Shown: piece after piece, positions 54,744 through 64,000 of the stretch
Numbering within the stretch: the first letter of the stretch is position 1
Layout: each line of letters starts with the position of its first letter
Source of the DNA: Eledone cirrhosa
Taxonomy: Eukaryota
Length of the DNA stretch: 64,000 nucleotides
Assembly: GCA_964016885.1 (NCBI GenBank)
Contig: OZ024752.1
Span: forward strand, 13,020,001-13,084,000
Reading direction: 5' to 3'
The notes under the pieces: generated by a model
Database searches by the model: none
Told to the model about the DNA's origin: nothing
Seen by the model: only the letters and a program-made list of their open reading frames with translations
Position numbers and translations under genes: made by a program

Positions 54744-57305
54744 ATCATCATCATCATCATCATCGTTTAACGTCCATCTTCAACGCTAGCATGGGTTTGG
54801 ACGGGAGGTTTCCCACTTGAGGCAAGAGTTGTTGTCTTGCTCGCATAGGACTGTCTGGCGGGTTTTCTATGGCTGGATGCCCTTCCTAACACCAACCACG
54901 TTTACAGTGTGGAATGGGAGGTTTTTACCGTGTTACCTACACGGCCACATTACAGCGTGGACTGTGTGTTTTTTTGTCGTGACACCTACACGACCTCATT
55001 TGTTTCAGACTGGATGTTGTGGTAACAACATAACTTCACATTTAAGGGGGTGGTGTGGATGGGGTGGGGGTAGTGGAACGGGGGGTGGGGTGTATTTTAT
55101 TAGAGGTGCCTACTGACTGTAGGTTTCACTTTGTACTTAGGCAAGGCGGGTCTTCTGTATGACTGTGTAGCGCCAAAGATCTCAGTCCAGTGACATTGTC
55201 TTGGAGAGGTCTAAGTGTGCGAGGTCAGAATTTATCAAGTCATCCAAGGTTTTTCTGGGTCTGCCTACTCTGTGGCTACCATCTATTTTTATCGCCCTGC
55301 AATTTTTTATACAGCTGTCGTCTTTCATGCGCATCACGTGACCGTACCAACGTAGTCTTCTCTCGAGTAAACAACATCTGATCCCTCTTATTCCTAATTT
55401 CTCCCTTAGTTCGTTTATGCTTTGCCATTCACGTATATTACTATTACACATCCAGCGGAGCATGCAAGCTTCGTTTCTCTCCAGTCTGCGTATATCCTCT
55501 GCACACAATGCCCAGGTCTCACTGCCATGTAACATTGCTGTTCGTATGCAGGTATCATACAGCCTGCCTTTCATTTTTAGAGAGAACCCTTTAGTGGCCA
55601 ATAGTGGTATAAGCTCTCTGAACTTTTTCCATCCTGTTCTGACTCTAGCTACTGTACTTTCAGAGCACCCTCCCTCACTGCTGATTTTGTCACACAGGTA
55701 ACGGAAGGTGTCCACTATTTCTATAGAACCATCTGTGCAATGGAATGAGCTAGTATTCTTTGGGCACTTGCTGCTACTTATTGCACCAGAGCACTGGCCA
55801 CATATAAAATCTATATTCTTAGTTAGCTTACCTGTGATCCCACTACATCTTTTATGCACCCATACTTTGCATTTGGGACATAAAATGGAGTTTCTGCCTA
55901 CTCCTTTCCTACACACTGAGCATGGCCATTTCCCGGATGGGACCGGTGCCCTATTTTCCTTCCTACAAACTAGAACTTTAGTCTTAGACAAGTTAACTTT
56001 AAGGCCTTTTGATTCTAGGCCATGCTTCCATGTTTGGAATTTCTTCTCTAGTTCAGCCATTGATTCAGCTATGAGTGTTAGATCATCTGCATATAGGAGT
56101 TCCCATGGGCAGCCGGTCTTGAACACCTCTGTTATAGCCTGAAGGGCAATAATATATAGTAGGGGGCTAAGAACGGAGCCTGATGAACACCAACTTTTAC
56201 GCTAAACTCTTCACTATATTCGTTGTTAATTCTAACCTTGCTGACTGTTTCTTTATACATGGCTTGTATAGCTCTCACAAGCCATTCATCAACACCTAGT
56301 TTTCTAAGAGCCCATCAGATAATGGAGCGGGGGACTCTGTCAAAGGCTTTCTCCAAGTCAACAAAAGCTAAGTATAGGGGTTTACTTTTAGCTAGGTACT
56401 TATCCTGTAGTTGTCGTACAATGAAAAGAGCATCTGTGGTACATTTACCTGACACAAACCCGAACTGCATTTCATCTAGATCAATTCGTTCTCTGATTAG
56501 TTGCGCTATTACTTTTTCTGTGACCTTCATGACCTGGTCGATTAATTTAATGCCTCTATAGTTACCCCTATCAAGAGCATCTCCTTTACCCGTGTAGAAG
56601 TTAATGATGATGCTGCTACGACAGTCCTTCGGAATGGCCCCATTCTGTATGACTTGGTTTAATATCCGGGTGATCATAGTGTGTCCCACCGTTCCAGATG
56701 CTTTCAGCATTTCAGCAACTATTTCCGAAGGCCCGGCCGCCTTACCCATCTTCATATCTTTGATTGCCTTACTTATTATACTACCTTCAACTCGCACTGC
56801 TGGTCCCTCTATTGGATCGATGTGGGGGAGACTGTCTATCTTCCATTTATTCTCCTCATTTAGTAGCCTTTCGTAGTGACACTTCCAAGCTACCTTCTTA
56901 TCAGCGTCAGTGATGGCAAGTACACCATCATCATTAAGGACACACTTCTCCCCGACAATATCACGGTTTTCCTTGACACATTGCCTAGCAATCCTGAACA
57001 CCTCACGTTTTTGGTCCTCGCGTTGTAGAACATGCTTGAACTTTCTTTCCTCTGCTTCCCTTCTTGCGAAGTACACTTGTCTCCTAGCTTCCCTCCTGGC
57101 CACTTGATAGTCTTCTCTACTTCCCCCATCCCGCCATACTTTCCAAGCCTGCTTTTTGGCCTTAATTGACTCCTCCACCTTACTATTCCACCACCACGTT
57201 ACTCTCCTCCTGCCTATAGGCCTGCTCCAGTCACAAACTTCATCTGCCACCTTCAGCAGGTTAGCTTTCAGGAATTCCCACTGTTCCTCTATATTGTACG
57301 ACTCT
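54744..57305 (-). mobile_element. RTE family A, longest copy (5'-truncated; ORFs 56315-57250 and 55182-56126)
   Basis: RT motifs, PHD-like finger, 3'UTR and (GAT)n. Confidence 0.93.
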
Positions 57306-57327
57306 CTCTCTCTCTATATATATATAT

Positions 57328-57442
57328 ATGTTTCTACTATTGGCACAAGGCCAGCAATTACCCAGTACATTACTGGTACTTTATTTTATCGACCCCATAA
57401 GGATGAAAGGCAAAGTTAACCTCGGCGGGATGTGAACTCAGT
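57328..57442 (-). mobile_element. Nin-type SINE 3' half
   Basis: Homologous to 245-365 and 63010-63130. Confidence 0.75.
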
Positions 57443-57849
57443 ATAATGATGAATGAAAATGAAAAGAAAAAGAGTTAATTTGGTTAATTCACTAATATTT
57501 GTAATTGTGATATAATCAAATTTTATTGTTCAAACAACATTCAATTAAAAATGCTCTGAATTTAAAATGCGTGCATCCCAATGTAATGGGCATAATAATA
57601 ATCATTCAGTACAAATAATAGTTGAGGACATGGTTTAAAGTAGACAGAGGAACCTCTGTTTACTTATTTGTTCCCATCTCCAGAGGTATTTTACCAGATT
57701 TCCTCAACTATTATTTATAATAATTGATTATTATTACTATTATTTTGGTCATTTTACATTGGGACACACACATTTCTAAATTTCCCAGTGCTTCTTGAGT
57801 CGACTATTTTGTTTATAAGTTGGTAGAAATGACTCAGAAAAAGAATTAA

Positions 57850-58032
57850 CTACATATTTTCTGTTTGATGTGTTGGGGGATCAATTGGGGGCAAAATATG
57901 GCCCCCTTTACGAGATAGTATCAATTCTTCTTTTTTCAGGTTGGATATTTCCTGCATTTGAAGATCACACAGTTGATGGAGCCGTTGTAGTTCTTCAACG
58001 CTTTGACGTGACTCTCCTCGGAATTCCTCTCC
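57850..58032 (-). CDS. CFAP44: CFAP44 (WDR52) last coding exon: GEEFRGESRQSVEELQRLHQLCDLQMQEISNLKKEELILSRKGGHILPPIDPPTHQTENM*
   Basis: Poly-T acceptor ...ccattag|GGA, phase 0, TAG at 57850-57852; coiled coil ending in L(S/R)RKG.xILPP, which I recognise as the CFAP44 C-terminus; candidate AATAAA at 57522-57527. Confidence 0.85.
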   Translation of the reverse strand, partial: GEEFRGESRQSVEELQRLHQLCDLQMQEISNLKKEELILSRKGGHILPPIDPPTHQTENM

Positions 58033-58177
58033 CTAATGGTAAAAATAAAAAAAATAAAGAAGAAACAGCATAAAATTATTTCTAAATCTTCTATACAACT
58101 TGTATACCAAAATAAAAATAATCAAACATTTTTTTATACCAAAAAAAGCTTGAATGGCTCTTTCAGTGAGTCTCCCT

Positions 58178-58261
58178 CAGGACTAGAACTGTTTCATTCA
58201 AAGGAAATCACCAGGAAAGCTTTCCGGATGATTTCCTTTAAATGAAACAGTTCTAGTCCTG
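58178..58261. repeat. 84-bp near-perfect hairpin in the last CFAP44 intron
   Basis: caggactagaactgtttcatt...ggaaagctttcc...aatgaaacagttctagtcctg. Confidence 0.9.
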
Positions 58262-58514
58262 TAGAAGCCATATCTATTTGAAATGTGTTGCATACACTCT
58301 ACTAATGTATTGAGTACCTTACTAAACTGTGGTTACCCCGATGAACCCAGGACTTACCCACACACATGAATGGCTCTGAGCTGCTATTTTTAGCGGTCTT
58401 TTGGTCTATTCACACCACCATGAGCTATAAAATGCACACGTCTTTCCACTGTACCATGCGTGTTTTCTTAGTTATCTGATATATCTTTATAGAAGTGTTG
58501 ATCGTATTGCTAGG

Positions 58515-58593
58515 CACCCACTGATGAGCTACATCTACAATATGGATTCTTCACTTATAGCGAAACATACTCTTATTTGAGCATGTCTGGGTG
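58515..58593 (+). ncRNA. Type-I hammerhead ribozyme, intact core, stable helix III
   Basis: caccca-CTGATGA-gcta(26 nt)tagc-GAAAC-atactc(ttattt)gagcat-GTC-tgggtg. Confidence 0.8.
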
Positions 58594-58825
58594 ATATTGT
58601 TATAATCGAATGGTTAGTATACTTTAATATATTTTTTTAATCGATTTGTATTCACCATTCCTTCTGTAGGTAATATGTTTGTCACTCTGGTGGTTTTTGA
58701 TCCCCTATGATTGAACACATATCTCTATGTGTACTTCTCTCTATATATTGATTTATAAAGAGCCTGGCATATATATTCCTTGAGCTCCCTAAATTATAGG
58801 GGATTAACTCCGTTAATTAATTTGA

Positions 58826-59265
58826 TATCATCATCATGATCATCATTTTACGTCCGCTTTTCCCTGCTTGCAAGGGTGGGACGGGAACTGATTCTGGCTT
58901 GATTTCTACAGCTGGATGCCCTTCCTAACACCAACCTCATTTACAGTGAGTGCTGGGTGCTTTTTTTCCGTGGCACCTACACGTCCACTTTACAGTGAGT
59001 GCTGGGTGCTTTTTTTCCGTGGCACCTACACGTCCACTTTACAGTGAGTGCTGGGTGCTTTTTTGCCGTGGTACCTCCACGACGACTTTGCAGTGGAATG
59101 GTAGGGACTCCAGTTCTATAATCTCATTTCTACAGCTGAGTAAACTGGAGGAATGTAAAATAAAGTGTCTTGCTCAAGGAAACAACGCATCACCCAGTCT
59201 GAGAATTGAACTCACAACCTTTCGATTGCAAGGCCAATGTTCTAACCACTAAGCCATGTGCCTCC
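58826..59265 (-). mobile_element. Full-length tRNA-CORE-Meta-like SINE with RTE family C tail and internal ~48-bp tandem repeats
   Basis: Head at 59265 (ggaggcacatggcttagtggttag); three 'acagtgagtgctgggtgctttttt' units. Confidence 0.88.
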
Positions 59266-59283
59266 AATATATATATATATACA

Positions 59284-60169
59284 CAGGGTGCGGACGATAT
59301 TTGTTCGCAATTTTCAACTGCTAATTTTATAAAAAAATTTTTTCTTCCGTTGTCACTCTTGTCTTCATAAAAACAGACTATATTTCCATTATTTATTTTC
59401 AGAATAATTGATTATGAATAATTTTGAACCTCCAAATTTGTGGAAGAGACACGGAGTTCTTCTTGGAATCCGCGCCGGAAGGACAAATAAGGCCAGAAGA
59501 TCAACTCCCAGAACAACAGATGGCTCGCTGTCTCATCCAAAAACGTGCCCAGAGTCATGCAGATAAAGTTTCCAGCGACAACATTGGTCTTAGGTGTCGT
59601 CAGCAGTCAAGGTGACGTCATTCCACCTCACTTCTTCCCCGAGGGCTTCAAGCTGAACACCGATGGCTACATCTGCGTTCTGAGCGAGGTAGTAAAGCCC
59701 TGGATCGACCAGGTATCTGCAGGTAGGCCGCACATGTGGCAGCAAGACTCAGCGCCCTGGCATACCAGCCAAAAGACCCAAGCCTGGATGTCAGAACTTC
59801 GTCAACCTCACTTCACCTGATATCTGGTCTCCCAGCTCGCCTGACTGCAACCCCCTCGACTTCTTTGTGTGGGGTGCAGTGGAACGAGACACCAACAGAT
59901 CTAGCTGCAATATGAAAGACGATCTGAAGCCAGGACCACAAGTGTCTTTAGGGGTCTAAGTTGGGGGACAGTGACGAAGGCCTGTAGCTGGTTCCTAGGC
60001 CGCCTTGAGGCCGTCATCAAAGCCAATGGCAGGTTTATCGAGTGAGATCGAAAGAACAAGTCATGAAGACAAACTGACCCAAGTTTGATAAATAAGTCCT
60101 AAAAAATAAAACTACTGTGTTATTTTTTCATAGACAGTAATCTTGCGAACAAATATCGTCCGCACCCTA
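59284..60169 (+). mobile_element. Tc1/mariner DD37D (maT)-type DNA transposon, internally deleted
   Basis: TIRs cagggtgcggacgatatttgttcgcaa / ttgcgaacaaatatcgtccgcaccct; WQQDSAPWH...WSPSSPDCNPLDFFVWG (about 37 residues between the Ds after repairing one frameshift). Confidence 0.88.
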
Positions 60170-60262
60170 TATATATATATATGGACCTGTTATTTTTATC
60201 TAAAGACATTTTTTCCAATTCCATCCCGCCCGTCCCTTCAATCTATCTTATTTCTCATCCTT

Positions 60263-60298
60263 TCTTCTGATGAAGGACTAGCGTCCGAAACATTAAGA
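60263..60298 (+). ncRNA. Minimal hammerhead motif (PLE-type), helix III degenerate
   Basis: tctt-CTGATGA-a-ggac(tagc)gtcc-GAAAC-att-aaga. Confidence 0.55.
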
Positions 60299-60389
60299 CT
60301 CTCTTCCTGCTATATCAAGCGTTAACCTAATATATCCCTTCAATATACTGTATCGATTGTGTTGTTATTTCTGTTTACTTTTTACATAC

Positions 60390-60441
<52 letters not shown>

Positions 60442-60719
60442 ACACACATATATATATATATATACTTGTAACAGTATGGAAAATGGACATAAAAGGATAG
60501 AATAAAGAGGAAAATCCTTTATTTGTGATACTAATTTCACTTCTTCCTGAGAAAAGATATGTACCTTTTGCAAATAGCAAAAAAGACTGCATATTTGATA
60601 ACTTTTTCATTGGCTAACATGGAAGAAATGAAATCAGCCAATAACAAAATCTTATATAGGAAGAAAGAGAGCTTAGATTTCAGTAGCATATTTTCAGTGA
60701 AACGTCATCGATAACAGCT

Positions 60720-60940
60720 TACGAGAGGGTGCCGAAAATTTCCTGGCTTGATCGCTGCTACAGAGGCCAGGTTGGAGGCCCAACCTTCTGAGTTCTTTAT
60801 ACAGGGCTTAGAAAAACTGAAAGATGGTTGCAATAAATGTGTGAATCTGAGAGGGGGACATGGTTAATAAAATCATAATTAACTGATCCTCTTATATATT
60901 GTTTTATCCTAAACCAAGAACTTTTCAGCTGCCCCTCATA
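60720..60940 (+). mobile_element. Mariner-derived short non-autonomous element
   Basis: Imperfect TIRs 'tacgagagggtgccgaaaatttcctggc' / 'ccaagaacttttcagctgcccctcata'; internal 'FFIQGLEKLKDGCNKCVNLRG' like a mariner C-terminus. Confidence 0.65.
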
Positions 60941-61061
60941 TTTGAAACATCCATCATTCTTAGAATGGATATTGCTACTTCATTCCAGTTTGTAGATCCT
61001 ATTTGTACCATTTGTTAACTACTTGCATCATTTTATTTCATGTAATAACAATTTTTTTTTT

Positions 61062-61394
61062 AAAGACTCCCTTCGGTCACAAATGGCCATGGGATTTGCA
61101 CCAAGAAAGTTTCCCTCCGAGGCAAATGCCTGGGCAAAGTTGTTTGTGGAAGACCAGCAGTCACCCATGCATACCAGTCTCCCCTCTCCATGCCACCGTT
61201 GTTGTTCAAGGGAAAGGCAATGACAGATACAGCTTGGCACCAGCGGCACCGCAACTCATTTCTACAGCTGAGTAAACTGGAGCAACGTGAAATGAAGTGT
61301 CTTGCTCAAGGACACAACGCATTGCCCGGTCCGAGAACCGAACTCACAACCTTCCAATTGTAAGCCCAATGCTCTAACCACTAAGCCATGTGCC
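61062..61394 (-). mobile_element. tRNA-CORE SINE with a third, unrelated 3' tail
   Basis: Same head/CORE as 28728 up to 'agctgtagaaatgag', then a different body ending 'cccatggccatttgtgaccgaagggagtcttt'. Confidence 0.8.
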
Positions 61395-61437
61395 TTCACA
61401 ACAATAAACAACAACATCAAAATGCATGTTAACTTAC

Positions 61438-61572
61438 TAGATGCTTCTGTTTAGAATCCAGTTTTGATTCTAATGCATATTGTTCTTCCAATAATATTCG
61501 TAACTGGCCAGTAAGTCCTGTGTTTTCTTCTGTCACTGCAGCTATTTCCCGTCTCAGCTGTATTTTAGTTTC
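61438..61572 (-). CDS. CFAP44: CFAP44 penultimate exon: ETKIQLRREIAAVTEENTGLTGQLRILLEEQYALESKLDSKQKHL
   Basis: Acceptor 'ttttatctcttaag|GAA', donor 'CTA|gtaagt', 135 nt, phase 0/0, splices in frame to 58032; coiled coil. Confidence 0.85.
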
Positions 61573-61981
61573 CTTAAGAGATAAAAAAAAAAAAATGAAA
61601 AAAAAAAGAGTTATGCAAAGGTATTGCAACAAATGAACAGGTAAAATAACAGCATCTGGTTGAAATATTGATTAGTTTTTATTTCATCACTTAGAGGGCT
61701 GGGCCTCTGTCAGTTTCAACAATGATTACTGTTGAAATAAACATGAAAGTACAGACCTGCCAAACTCTAAAAACCCAAACAGGAACTTCCATGAAAAAAA
61801 GTGCCCCAAAATGAGGAGAAATGAGGCAAAATGGGGAGATTTTACATAATGAAAGCTATACCTACCCATTTTCACAAGAGAAGACATCCCTCACTCACCC
61901 CAAAGTGGGTGGGAAATCTCCCTTTCAGGCGGGGGAGTTGGCAAGTCTGGAACTGGCTGAGTATTCCACAGATACATGTAC

Positions 61982-62405
61982 ATCATCATCATCATCGTCG
62001 TTGATTAACATCTATCTTCCACACTAGCATTGGTTAGACAGGTTTGTCCCATTTAGAGGCAAGTTGGGTCAGGTGACTGTGCCTCACTCATATAGGAAAG
62101 TTTCGGGCTGGTTTTCTATAGCTGGATGCCCTTCCTAATGCCAACCACATTTACAGTGTGTGCTGGGTACTTTTTGTTGTGATACCTTCAAGGAGATTTA
62201 TCAGGACACAGTGTGTGACATGGCTACTGGCCCATTCAATCACAGGTACAGTCCATCTGATTAGATTTTAAAAAGGTTTCCATCTCCTCAAGTTATGGGA
62301 CAATCGAAGGCTGGGGTAACTGATATTTGCTCAAGATGCCATGTAATGAGACCAAACCTGACACCCAATGATTGTAAAGGGAACTTTTTAACCATTCCAC
62401 CATGC
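61982..62405 (-). mobile_element. Old decayed Meta-like SINE
   Basis: 'gctggatgcccttcctaatgccaacc', 'ttgctcaag', (CAT)n. Confidence 0.55.
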
Positions 62406-62454
62406 TGCATTATAGCATAAATGTGTTGTTCACTTTCACTGGCTGAGGTGTAAT

Positions 62455-62675
62455 AATGATGGTTTCAGAGTTAGGCAGAAAGCCAGCAATTTGGGGGGAG
62501 GAAATCAACTAAATTAACCCCAGTGCATTACTGGTAATTTTATATTATTCACCCTGTAAGGATGAAAGGCAAAGATAACCTCAGCGGGATTTGAACTCAG
62601 AACGTAAAGAACCGTAACTCTGTGCTGCAAAGCATAATGTCTGTTACTCTATTGATACTGCCAAGCCACCATCCT
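62455..62675 (-). mobile_element. Nin-type tRNA SINE
   Basis: Homologous to 378-600. Confidence 0.7.
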
Positions 62676-62939
62676 GCTGAGGTGTAATAATAGTTTCTGA
62701 TTTGGAAAGAAGGGCCTGTTATATGATCTATATTATGAACTCTACCAACTGTGGCCACCCCTGACTTCACTCGCGATTTATATATATTTATTAAAATAAC
62801 AGATTAAAGTTTAAGCAAAGAATCCCGTTAAGGGTGAAAGCAGTGATTCTTTGCTTAAATGTTTATTCTTTTAATAAATATTTGCTCTATGGTTCTTATA
62901 TATTTGATATATATTTATCCTTATCGAGCCCTCTTTGGA

Positions 62940-63131
62940 ATTTAGTCGCAATTGGCAGAATCGGTAGAGGCTTAGACGCCATGCTTCCTAGCATAGTTAC
63001 GTCCATTTACGGTCTGGGTTCAAATCCCGTTGAGGTTAACTTTGCCTTTCATCCTTACGGGGTCGATAAAATAAAGTACCAGTAATGTACTGGGTAATTG
63101 CTGGTCTTGTGCCAAAAGTAAAAACAATTAT
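62940..63131 (+). mobile_element. Nin-type tRNA SINE
   Basis: 'tggcagaatcgg'...'ggttcaaatccc'...'tttgcctttcatccttacggggtcgataaaataaagtaccag'. Confidence 0.8.
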
Positions 63132-63234
63132 GACTATATATATATATTGTTATGCTTTGGGAGGGTCATGTTGCCAATATCGGTTTCAACACACTTTTTC
63201 AGATAAAGAATCTTGCTAAACAAATTCAGAAATG

Positions 63235-63270
<36 letters not shown>

Positions 63271-63274
<4 letters not shown>

Positions 63275-64000
63275 CATTTGATTCCTCTTATGCTCAGTCT
63301 CTTTCTCAATTCATTTATGCTTTGCCATTCGCGTATATTACTATAACACATCCATTGGAGCATGCAAGCTTCGTTTCTTTCTAATCTACGCAAGTCCTCT
63401 ACACACAACGTCCAGGTCTCACTACCATGTAACATTGCTGTTCATATACATGCATCATACAGTCCGCCTTTCATTTTGAGGGAAAAGCCTTTTGCAGCTA
63501 GCAGTGGTAGTAGCTCCCTGAAATTCTTCCATCCCGTTCTTACCCTAGTTATTGTACTTTCAGAACACCCTGCGTTGGTATGGACATGTGATGTGAATGA
63601 AGGATGACAGCTGCATAAAAAGGTGCAGAGCACTAAAAGTCCATGGAAGCCGTGGAGTGGGGAGACCCAAGAAGACCTGAGATGAGGTGATAAAAGCTAC
63701 CTTGCCCAATTGCACCTCTCAAAGGCGATGACACAGGACCGTGACCTCTGGCATCACACAGTAATACAGAAGACCCGACTTCCCACGGGTACAAGCCGAA
63801 GTTGAAGCATATAGACAATATGCTCCCAACCCCTCCCACTGCAAAGTGGTTGTGGCGGTGTCACCACAAAAAAGCACCCAGCCCACACTGTAAAGTGGCT
63901 GTGTAAGTGCCACGGTAAAAAAGCACCCAGCATTCACTGTAAATGAGGTTGGTGTTAGGAAGGGTATCCAGCTGTAGAAATCAAGCCAGAATCAGTACCC
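63271..64000 (+). mobile_element. RTE family B with an inverted 5' segment (63271-63570 minus; 63571-64000 plus), continues past the window end
   Basis: The minus part encodes GCSEST...SIRGIKWC; the plus part begins LRWYGHVM and runs into the 3'UTR. Confidence 0.88.

Noticed and set aside
57870-58073. Plus-strand 67-aa ORF
   Set aside because: Antisense shadow of the CFAP44 terminal exon

Overview
Repeat-dominated eukaryotic (animal) genomic DNA; the SINE/LINE/microsatellite repertoire suggests a coleoid cephalopod such as octopus (inference). It is not prokaryotic and has no CRISPR array. ~643-20178 is a 53/50-bp tandem satellite of ~370 monomers with nested higher-order duplications (3147, 4404, 1204 and 989 bp). 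It is followed by a non-autonomous Helitron and two CR1-clade LINE pieces. The rest holds many RTE-clade LINE copies (two families with a PHD-like finger inside the RT and a SINE-like domain in the 3'UTR), Penelope-like remnants with several hammerhead ribozyme motifs (one in a ~350-bp palindrome), two tandem Tx1-clade LINEs sitting in a (TATC)n tract, two Tc1/mariner derivatives and many tRNA-derived SINEs. The only host gene supported with confidence is the last two coding exons of CFAP44 (WDR52) on the minus strand (61438-61572, 57850-58032). A few small minus-strand exon candidates between 27.9 and 53.2 kb are weak. Most interesting candidates: a possibly (GATA)n-specific Tx1 family, a PHD finger inserted in an RTE reverse transcriptase, intact-looking hammerhead ribozymes, LINE/SINE module swapping, and a twin-priming-type 5' inversion in an RTE.
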